Below are positions 38,551 to 45,855 of a stretch of DNA of 50,712 nucleotides, in pieces (the first letter of the stretch is position 1; every line of letters begins with the position of its first letter). The stretch lies in the NCBI GenBank assembly GCA_018303445.1, contig JAGVYE010000002.1, forward strand, positions 1 through 50,712. Direction: 5' to 3'. The stretch comes from Candidatus Woesearchaeota archaeon. GTDB lineage: Archaea; Nanobdellota; Nanobdellia; Woesearchaeales; GW2011-AR9. The notes under the pieces were generated by a model. That model was not told where the DNA came from. It searched no databases and saw nothing but the letters and a program-made list of their open reading frames with translations. Position numbers and translations under genes: made by a program.

Positions 38551-40388
38551 AAAAATCCATACTCGTCTTATTCCTAGGAATTTTTCTTATATTGAGCTTA
38601 GTTTCCGCCCTTGATTCTAACTTGGATGGAACTGGAAACGATGATGATCCGTACCGTTGGAAAAATGGAATTCTTGGAGTTAATGAGAACTGTGAGGTAC
38701 GGATTTTTCAGGAAATGCAATGGGTGGAAAGATTACAAGCTTCACCTATTCTCGTTATTGGTTCAGGAAATGTTGATGATCCTTTCACATTAAGTGATAC
38801 AAATAAAGGATTGGTATGCGAGCCGATGTCAGTAGCACGAGAGAGAATCTACGTTGTTTTCCTTGATCTAAATACCAAAAAATGGACTCGAAGTTCTCGA
38901 GTTGGCGCTGGCCAGCCCTCTTCACCAAGTAGTGTACAGGTTGTTCCTAAGGATGTTTGTAGGGACACGCCTTGTCTCCAATTAAATGATGTGTGGCTCA
39001 GGATAAGTACATTTCTCACCAAAGTTGATTCCTCCAAGAAAAGGCAAGTGTGGGATACGTCATTAGGGTGGGTTGATCCATCAAAACTTAAAGAAATAGC
39101 AGCGTCAGTTATAGTGCCGCCTGTAACACCGCCAACTCCAAAACCACCTGTTGGGGTAAGTAAAAAAATAATTGTGGACACTGCTTTGAATGAATTCAGA
39201 AGCTGGAATCAAGGAACTCTCAGTGAAACAGACACAGGAGCGCAAGTTCTTCTTAATAAGTATGCTACTTCTATAAATGCTGCTTCTTGGAATTCAGGAA
39301 CTCCTTGGTCTGCTATCTTTATCTCCTGGGTTATGCAGGAAGCGGGCATTACTGATTTTCCCAGTAATGGTTACCATGCGGGATATTTCAAATCCATTCG
39401 TGAGAGTCCTGGCATATGTACAACGCATCGCATGAGCGAATTTAATTCCATCCAAGCAGGAGATATTCTCTGTGCATGCAGGGGAAATGGTTGTCTTATT
39501 ACTTACGATGATGCAACTTCTCCCAAGGAAAGTCATTGTGATATTATAACTGAAATTTCAGACGATTCTCTTGCCATCGTTGGTGGAAATGTTCATTCGG
39601 CTTCCTGTGGAGCGAATCCTAATGTTGGCTGTACAGTGAACAACCGACCCATAAGTAAATCGAACATTATTAGCAATGCACGTTATTTTGGTTTTATCAG
39701 TTGTGGAGAAACAACAGGAGAACCTTCAGAATTTACAGATTATGATTTTCATCAGACAAAAAAATATGTAGACACGACGCATCTGCAAAAAGTGGAAGAT
39801 AAAGCAGCAGAAGCAGGCATGGATGCTTGTTATCCTTTAGTTACGATTCTTTTTGAGTCCCAAGGAAATCCTGAAGTAATCGGCGTAGATGCAAATGTTC
39901 GTACTTGTAATACCATCTCACGACGGACATTTATTATTAATACTCTTCCTTCAGAATGTGGTAGTTATGCCACGTCGGATGGAAGTACAAGACTGCGTGA
40001 GGATTGTGAAAATGGAGTTAACAATGCATGTGTAAATTCTATAGGTGATAGATCTTATCAATTACCCATACCAACACAGAATGATTTTTGTTCTTCATCA
40101 TATGATCAACGATACACGTATGGTATTGGTTTAGGACAAACTACTCCCGAGGAAGGTTCTACTTCCATTACTATTAAAGGAAAAACATTTACACATTGCG
40201 GTCTCTTTGATGTCGATACCAATATTGAAGCGACAATTAACGAATTGCAAAAGAAAAAAGAAGCAGCAGAAGCTAGTTGTAGAAATAATAAGACCTGTGT
40301 AGTTCGTGAAACATTTAAAAGATATCGTGGGATTCTGGATACAGAAAGAGTTCAAGCTTTTAATAGCTGCCAAACAAAAAAGAAATAA
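38547..40388 (+). CDS. Secreted putative peptidoglycan hydrolase: DUF2272/CHAP-like domain + lytic transglycosylase (SLT)-like domain
   Basis: Signal peptide and Pro linker. PWSAIFISWVMQEAG...H..Y...AGDILC..R...HCDI...VGGNV matches DUF2272. TILFESQGNP...GIGLGQ...LFDVDTNIE...Y.G matches SLT motifs I-III. Confidence 0.75.
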   Translation: MKKSILVLFLGIFLILSLVSALDSNLDGTGNDDDPYRWKNGILGVNENCEVRIFQEMQWVERLQASPILVIGSGNVDDPFTLSDTNKGLVCEPMSVARERIYVVFLDLNTKKWTRSSRVGAGQPSSPSSVQVVPKDVCRDTPCLQLNDVWLRISTFLTKVDSSKKRQVWDTSLGWVDPSKLKEIAASVIVPPVTPPTPKPPVGVSKKIIVDTALNEFRSWNQGTLSETDTGAQVLLNKYATSINAASWNSGTPWSAIFISWVMQEAGITDFPSNGYHAGYFKSIRESPGICTTHRMSEFNSIQAGDILCACRGNGCLITYDDATSPKESHCDIITEISDDSLAIVGGNVHSASCGANPNVGCTVNNRPISKSNIISNARYFGFISCGETTGEPSEFTDYDFHQTKKYVDTTHLQKVEDKAAEAGMDACYPLVTILFESQGNPEVIGVDANVRTCNTISRRTFIINTLPSECGSYATSDGSTRLREDCENGVNNACVNSIGDRSYQLPIPTQNDFCSSSYDQRYTYGIGLGQTTPEEGSTSITIKGKTFTHCGLFDVDTNIEATINELQKKKEAAEASCRNNKTCVVRETFKRYRGILDTERVQAFNSCQTKKK

Positions 40389-40403
40389 TCCCGAAAATAC
40401 CCC

Positions 40404-40874
40404 CTACTGTTTATTCTGCTTCACTAATTCTTCAATCATAACTAAGACTTTTTGCGGATGGGTGATATTTCGTATTTCAAAGGTCTCTCCTCCAGTTTTA
40501 ATAAAAACAGTGCCATAATTAAGCGGCCGCTGGACTCTGGACTGATGGATATTTAAATCTGGAACATACGCTAGGGGCTGAAAGTAGACGTTCTTTTTCT
40601 GATGTTTAATCAGCCCATGAATAATGGAGAATTTTGTGTTGTAGATTTTATAACGAGTAGCTAAAATAGAGCTTTCTGCTGAAATGAGAGAAAGCAAACC
40701 AAGAGCTCCGATGAGGTAACTGTATTGCTGCCGAATAGGAACGGCATGAAGGTAAACGGCAACTCCAATTCCCAAAAGCAGAAAACTACAGAAGTATTCT
40801 ACCAAAAAGGCTCTTCTGGTTTGGCGTAATGAGAGCAGGAGGTGATCCTCTTTTTTCTCTTCTTCATGAGCCAT
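40404..40874 (-). CDS. Membrane protein with bacterial PH (bPH_2) domain
   Basis: Two N-terminal TM helices, then YKIYN...GLI....QSRVQR.LNYGTVFIKTGG...I..P. Confidence 0.8.
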   Translation of the reverse strand: MAHEEEKKEDHLLLSLRQTRRAFLVEYFCSFLLLGIGVAVYLHAVPIRQQYSYLIGALGLLSLISAESSILATRYKIYNTKFSIIHGLIKHQKKNVYFQPLAYVPDLNIHQSRVQRPLNYGTVFIKTGGETFEIRNITHPQKVLVMIEELVKQNKQ

Positions 40875-40896
40875 CTAAAAAAGGAGAAGATAAATC

Positions 40897-40904
40897 TTTA
40901 TATA
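40897..40904. promoter_or_regulatory. TATA box, possibly bidirectional
   Basis: TTTATATA lies ~23 nt from the ATG at 40874 (minus) and ~24 nt from the start of the structured element at ~40928 (plus). Confidence 0.55.
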
Positions 40905-40925
40905 TTTTGCGTGGTTGGAAGAGTA

Positions 40926-41110
40926 TTAAGTTTGTGGGCAGTGCCGACTCGCTTTTAGTAGGTGACGAAGAGAGCGTGGCGCCTCCACGTAATGGAGCGA
41001 GTCACTCCGTTCGTGCCTTTCCTCTCCAGTTCGGAAAGCAACCCCCTCCACAAAAAATTTGGGTGTTGAAGAAACGCTCGTGAATGGGCATGGTCCACCC
41101 ACAGACTTAA
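40926..41110 (+). ncRNA. Candidate structured non-coding RNA / leader of unknown family
   Basis: 13-bp closing stem TTAAGTTTGTGGG/CCCACAGACTTAA with nested stems GTGCC/GGCAT and TTTTAGTA/TGTTGAAG plus three hairpins. G-U pairs favour the plus strand. GC-rich relative to other intergenic DNA. Confidence 0.6.
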
Positions 41111-41132
41111 TACGTACGTGATTGGAGAGATT

Positions 41133-41924
41133 ATGCCAGAATTGCCAGAAGTGGAGACGATTGTACGACAATTGAGAAAGAAGGTCTTAGGACGAAAGAT
41201 AGTGACAATTAAGATCAAAGATACGAAAGTTATTGACAAGAAGGTAAGACGGTTTGTAGGGAAACCGATTAATAGTATAGAGAGAAGAGGAAAAACAATT
41301 ATTATTTCTTCAGATAAGAATTATCTTGTAGCCCATTTGCGGATGACAGGACATTTTTATCATATCGAAAACAAGGAAGATGAGGACTATCAAAAGTATT
41401 TGGCAGGAATATTTTACCTAAATGATAAGTCTTTTTTTACTTTTAACGAAATAAGAAGGTTTGGCAGTGTTAAATTTATGAATAAACTGCAGTTGCAGGA
41501 GTTTCTTCAGTCTTTAGGACAAGAACCATTGGACATACAGAAAGAAGAATTTGTGGAACTGCTGAGAAAATATCCTTCATCGACGATAAAGAACAAACTT
41601 TTAGACCAAAGAATGATCGCAGGGATTGGCAATATTTATGCCCAGGAAGCGTTGTATCATGCGGGTATTGATCCACGAAGGAAAATGAAGGAAGTTTCAA
41701 CACAAAAGTTAGCTGTACTTCATAGAGAAATGCAGCGAATTCTGAAATTAGCAATAGAGAAAAATGGAACTACCGTGAGTAATTATAGCCACCTTGATGG
41801 GAAAGGCAATTTTCAGGATTTTTTAGTTGTCTATCAGAAAGAATTTTGCCCACGAAAGCATCCTCTGCAGCGTCTCGTTATAGGGGGGAGAGGGACGTAT
41901 TATTGTAAGGAATGCCAAAAATGA
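41133..41924 (+). CDS. mutM: Formamidopyrimidine-DNA glycosylase
   Basis: MPELPEVE N-terminus, RRGK, HLRMTG, RRFG, LLDQ..IAGIGNIYA.E and GRGTYYC..CQ motifs. Confidence 0.95.
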   Translation: MPELPEVETIVRQLRKKVLGRKIVTIKIKDTKVIDKKVRRFVGKPINSIERRGKTIIISSDKNYLVAHLRMTGHFYHIENKEDEDYQKYLAGIFYLNDKSFFTFNEIRRFGSVKFMNKLQLQEFLQSLGQEPLDIQKEEFVELLRKYPSSTIKNKLLDQRMIAGIGNIYAQEALYHAGIDPRRKMKEVSTQKLAVLHREMQRILKLAIEKNGTTVSNYSHLDGKGNFQDFLVVYQKEFCPRKHPLQRLVIGGRGTYYCKECQK

Positions 41925-41955
41925 AGTAGATGAGTTTGTGATATTTAAATTGGAC

Positions 41956-42660
41956 TTAAATTCTCTTTACATCCTTAACCTTGCCAAAAGAAAATATTTC
42001 TTCTTTACCAACGACAAAAACTTCAAAATTCATAATTTCCTCTAAAAATGGACTTAACACTTCTTCTTTTAAGATATCTGTTCCTTCTAAGAGAGGATTA
42101 AAACTTGGCACGGCAATAATTTCTTTTCTTTTCCATTTTCCTTTGAGGAAACATTTGTATTTCTCCCATTTACCTCCCCGCCTTATAGTAATAGCAGGAT
42201 GTTCGTGGCCAATGATAAGGGTCTTAGCCTTTGTTTCAACTAGTTTATCGCCATGGACGAGTATTATATCCCCAATACCATATTCTTTGACAACTTTTAT
42301 CTTCCGCTTTTCTGCTAGGGGCTTAATGATCGGATCATGATTGCCCTGAATGATAATGATTTCTGTACATTGCTGCGAGAGAAAATGGAGAAATTGCAGA
42401 ACTTCTTTCCATTCTTGTTTGAGGATGGAACCAAATTCGTGTTTTAGGTCTCCATTCAGAATGATAAGAAGAGGCGATGTTTTCTTGGTGATGGCTGTGG
42501 CTTGAGCAATCATTTCTTGAAGTTGGAATTTTGGGACGAGAATTCCTTTGCGATGGAGAGCTTCTTCATATCCAAGGTGGAGATCATTAATTACCAGAAT
42601 CTGTTCTTTTTTTAACCATAAAGCGGTGCCAATAATTTCAATTCCTGGGCTGATTTCCAT
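41956..42660 (-). CDS. Metallophosphoesterase (COG1407-like)
   Basis: DLHLGYE, NGDLKH, GNHD, HGD, GHEHPA and PSFN motifs. Confidence 0.92.
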   Translation of the reverse strand: MEISPGIEIIGTALWLKKEQILVINDLHLGYEEALHRKGILVPKFQLQEMIAQATAITKKTSPLLIILNGDLKHEFGSILKQEWKEVLQFLHFLSQQCTEIIIIQGNHDPIIKPLAEKRKIKVVKEYGIGDIILVHGDKLVETKAKTLIIGHEHPAITIRRGGKWEKYKCFLKGKWKRKEIIAVPSFNPLLEGTDILKEEVLSPFLEEIMNFEVFVVGKEEIFSFGKVKDVKRI

Positions 42661-42715
42661 CCTTCTTCTTTTAGAAAGAAATCTTTATAAATCAATTGCT
42701 TTAGATATTTTCCAA

Positions 42716-42807
42716 GCCCCAGTAGCTTAGCCCGGTGGAGCGGATGGCTGTTATTCAATTACAGAAAAGATACCATCAGGTCATCGGTTCAAATCCGATC
42801 TGGGGCG
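42716..42807 (+). tRNA. trnN: tRNA-Asn(GTT) with 18-nt canonical intron (42754-42771)
   Basis: Acceptor GCCCCAG/CTGGGGC+G, GATGG-CTGTTA[intron]A-CCATC and ATCGG-TTCAAAT-CCGAT. TTTATAAA upstream and T-rich tract downstream. Confidence 0.94.
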
Positions 42808-42833
42808 CTATTTATTTTTTGATGTTAAAATTA

Positions 42834-43196
42834 TTATCTCTCAAGTTCGAGTCCAGCGTTAACCCAGCCTTGCTTGCCGGCTTTGAAATCAACAGTCTTA
42901 TTGAATCCAGCTTTTAAGAAAAATGTTGTGGCTCTGGTACTGGCATGGCAGCCATAACTCGCACAATATACGACAATTGTATCTGTTATTTTAAGGCCTT
43001 TGGCCTTTGCTGCTTTAATTAATTCTGAAGAGGTCATTTCTTTTGGCACAGGCAGGTTAATGGCTCCGGGAAGATGCCCTTGATTAAATGAGTCTTGCCC
43101 CAGGACCTCGATGACTTTAAACTGGAGGTTATTAGCCTGCATTTCTAAAAGCTGTTCAATGGAGATAAATTGTAGTTTTGGCATGATGATCATCAC
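42834..43196 (-). CDS. Rhodanese-like domain protein
   Basis: F.QGHLPGAINLP, IVVYCASYGCHAS, AGF and GKQGW..AGL motifs. Confidence 0.9.
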   Translation of the reverse strand: MMIIMPKLQFISIEQLLEMQANNLQFKVIEVLGQDSFNQGHLPGAINLPVPKEMTSSELIKAAKAKGLKITDTIVVYCASYGCHASTRATTFFLKAGFNKTVDFKAGKQGWVNAGLELER

Positions 43197-43281
43197 CTTT
43201 AGTATCTGATTCGAGAGATAATATTTAAACCTTGTTTAAATGCGTATCATCCAACATTCTCTAAAAAGATCATATGAAAAA

Positions 43282-43644
43282 TCAGCGTAACAGAAGTATA
43301 ATCACCATAATGAGTAAAAAAAGAGCGCCAAAGACCAAGAACACAATCCGTGGTAGGATAAAAAAGTATTTTTCTAATTTTTTGTCTTTCAAGTCAGCAT
43401 AGACGCTGAAAATTGGGAGAAGATAATGAAAGCGAATCCGGAAATGGTTTATTGCATCTAAAGGTGTTTTTGTGATAAAATAAATTATCAAAAAAGAAAA
43501 AAGTAGGAGGATTATATAGAGAAAAGTCGAATAATTCTTTGGCCATATCAAGAGGAAAGAAATAAGAATGCTGCCAATAGTGAAAATGAACACTAAGAGC
43601 AAGGTAGACCAATACCATAAAGAATAGTATCTGTTCTTGGACAT
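43282..43644 (-). CDS. Hypothetical membrane protein
   Basis: 120 aa with three hydrophobic segments. 5' end uncertain. Confidence 0.5.
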   Translation of the reverse strand: MSKNRYYSLWYWSTLLLVFIFTIGSILISFLLIWPKNYSTFLYIILLLFSFLIIYFITKTPLDAINHFRIRFHYLLPIFSVYADLKDKKLEKYFFILPRIVFLVFGALFLLIMVIILLLR

Positions 43645-43840
43645 GAGTGATTGAAGAACGTATTTTTTATACTACGTTTTTTCAATTTTTTGGGAAATAT
43701 TCTCAGAAGCATGACAAAGCAGGGAAATAGAAAAAAGTAGTGACTTAAAACTACTAAGAAGAAGAGGACTTCCGCGGTTGATCTAAGATCAATCATGATT
43801 GAAAATAATTGGAATGAAGTTTATATTTCTTTGCTTTACC

Positions 43841-45733
43841 TCACTCAAAATACATTTTCATAACTCCCTGCACTTTTTCTACCCTGATAATGAGGTCTTT
43901 CAAATGATTCAAGTCTCGTGGAATAACGGAAAATTGACATTGGGCATGAACAGTGTCAAGCAACTTCGCTTTAGCTTCTTTTACTTCAAATCCAGTTTTA
44001 GCAATGGTATGCAATAAGTCTGCTAATAATCCGCTGCGCTCTTCAGCGTTAACATAAAAGCGGATTTTTTGGTTAAATGTTTTCTTCCAGTACACGGGAA
44101 CCCAGCGATGTTCCTGCTGCAAGGCATAGCGACAGTCATGACGATGGGTGGAAATTATTTTCTTTTTGGTAATGATGCCGATAATTTCCTGGTCAGGCAA
44201 AGGGTTGCAACATTTTGCCAGCAGGCAGATAGCGTGAGGAAATTCTTCGGAATCTACCAAAAGGCCTTGTTCTTCTTGAATTTCTGGTTTGAAGGTGCGA
44301 TAATGGAGAGGAGGGAGCTTTTCATAAACGCGCAAGGATTTGCGAATTTTTTGTTTGGATTTAGGAGAAGTTACGATTTTAAGCCAACTGCGGCGAGGAC
44401 GCTGATTTTTATTGGTAATAACTTCCACGACATCGCCAAACTTAACAAAATGTTTTAAAGGAACAAATTTTCCATTAACTCTTCCCGCTACCGCCGTGCT
44501 GCCAATCTCTTCATGGACACTATAAGCAAAATCTAAGAGAGTAGCGCCTGCAGGAAGTTCTTTAATATCCCCTTTAGGGGTGTAACAATAAATTTTATCA
44601 CCAAAGATGTCAATCTTGAGAGTTTCCAGGAATTCTTTATTCTCAGCATCATTATGAAGTTCAAGGATGCCTTTAAGCCAGGCAATCTTTTTGTCAAGAA
44701 TTTCTCCGGAAGCCATTTCTTTATACCGCCAATGGGCAGCAAACCCTTCATCGGCAAAGCGGTCCATTTCTTCGGTTCTAATCTGGACTTCGACAATGCG
44801 CCCCTGAGGAAAACGAAGACCAGTGTGAATAGAACGATAAAAGTTTGGTTTAGGGTTGGCAATGTAATCTTTTAACCTTCCTTCGAGAGGCTCAAAATTT
44901 TCATGAAGAAGACCTAACACTATGTAACAATCTTTTTCCTCTGGCACAATGATGCGAATGCCGAGAATGTCAAAAATGTCACGAAGATTTCTCCCTTTTT
45001 GTATTTTTTTATAAATGCTGTAAACATTTTTTTTACGCCCTTTTATTTTAGTAATGGCAACTTTCCCCGCACAGAGCTGAGTGATGTCTTGAATAACAAG
45101 GTTAATGCCCTTTTCAAAGGCTTCGGCTGATTCGGCAAGATAACCTTCTATCTCTTCGTATTTCCTGGGATTGATAACTTTAAACGCCGTATCTTCTAAT
45201 AAAATGCGGATTTTGTCCATACCGAGACGATAGGCGAGGGGAGCGTAAATTTCCAAAACTTCTTGGGAGATGCGCTGTTGAATTTCTGAGGGAAAAACGT
45301 GGATAGTCCGCAAGTTGTCCAATTTTGCGGCTAATTTTATAAACAGAACTCTGATATCCTGAAGAGAAGTAAGGATCATTCGCTTCATGGCCTCAGCTTC
45401 AACAGAAGGAGATTTTGATTTTATGGATTGAAGAGATTTCATTCCATCTAAGAGAGAAAAGATACTTTTATCGAACTGGGAAGAGAATTCTTTAAGAGAG
45501 ACATGCTCTAAAACTCCATTAAGAATTCCCGTCATAATGATATCTGGATCAATATTGTTTTCAACGAGAATGATGGCCACGCGAAGATTATGGTCATAAT
45601 AAGAGTCTCCGGCAAGACGTTTTTTTTCTGAAAGAATCTTTTTAGCAAAAGCCAGTGCTTTTTGAAGGCGGAGAAGAATCTTTTCATCATAGCCTTGCTG
45701 CAGGCATAAAGCAAGAAATTGATCTTCAGTCAT
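43841..45733 (-). CDS. Long RelA/SpoT homolog (HD-SYNTH-TGS-ZFD-ACT), hydrolase motif degenerate
   Basis: R.AGDSYYDH, IKLAAKLDNLRT, IYAPLAYRLG, GRKKNVYSIYKK, DILGIRI, RLKDYIANPKPN.YRSIHT, EVQIRT and AAHWRYK. TGS (TPKG, DFAYSVH, VNGK.VPL), AKCCNP..HR.DC and ACT (RSGLLADL) are also present. Confidence 0.93.
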   Translation of the reverse strand: MTEDQFLALCLQQGYDEKILLRLQKALAFAKKILSEKKRLAGDSYYDHNLRVAIILVENNIDPDIIMTGILNGVLEHVSLKEFSSQFDKSIFSLLDGMKSLQSIKSKSPSVEAEAMKRMILTSLQDIRVLFIKLAAKLDNLRTIHVFPSEIQQRISQEVLEIYAPLAYRLGMDKIRILLEDTAFKVINPRKYEEIEGYLAESAEAFEKGINLVIQDITQLCAGKVAITKIKGRKKNVYSIYKKIQKGRNLRDIFDILGIRIIVPEEKDCYIVLGLLHENFEPLEGRLKDYIANPKPNFYRSIHTGLRFPQGRIVEVQIRTEEMDRFADEGFAAHWRYKEMASGEILDKKIAWLKGILELHNDAENKEFLETLKIDIFGDKIYCYTPKGDIKELPAGATLLDFAYSVHEEIGSTAVAGRVNGKFVPLKHFVKFGDVVEVITNKNQRPRRSWLKIVTSPKSKQKIRKSLRVYEKLPPLHYRTFKPEIQEEQGLLVDSEEFPHAICLLAKCCNPLPDQEIIGIITKKKIISTHRHDCRYALQQEHRWVPVYWKKTFNQKIRFYVNAEERSGLLADLLHTIAKTGFEVKEAKAKLLDTVHAQCQFSVIPRDLNHLKDLIIRVEKVQGVMKMYFE

Positions 45734-45855
45734 ATTTCCTTTAAAAAAGGTTTGTTATTAAAAAAAGTTTGGGAAAGAATCTAAAAACACTAGTTTAGAC
45801 TTGCAATAATTATAAATACTAGAATTTTACTTCTTCTGTTATAAAAGGTGATGAA

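Noticed and set aside
40926-41110. Assignment of the structured element as RNase P RNA, SRP RNA or 5S rRNA
   Set aside because: GAGGAAAG occurs only on the disfavoured strand with no matching P4 partner. The CAG..GGAA..AGCA segment lacks SRP helix-8 geometry. Length and fold do not fit 5S. Left unassigned.
40829-41239. Three short ORFs across the structured intergenic region
   Set aside because: They overlap each other and real genes and have no motifs. RNA structure explains the region better.
42735-42917. 60-aa ORF (also ORFs 23534-23806 and 23822-24091)
   Set aside because: They overlap the tRNA-Asn or tRNA-Leu genes and show no protein motifs.
43593-43796. 67-aa hydrophobic ORF, possibly the frameshifted 5' part of 43282-43644 through A-runs
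   Set aside because: Plausible, but no recognisable homology supports the join.
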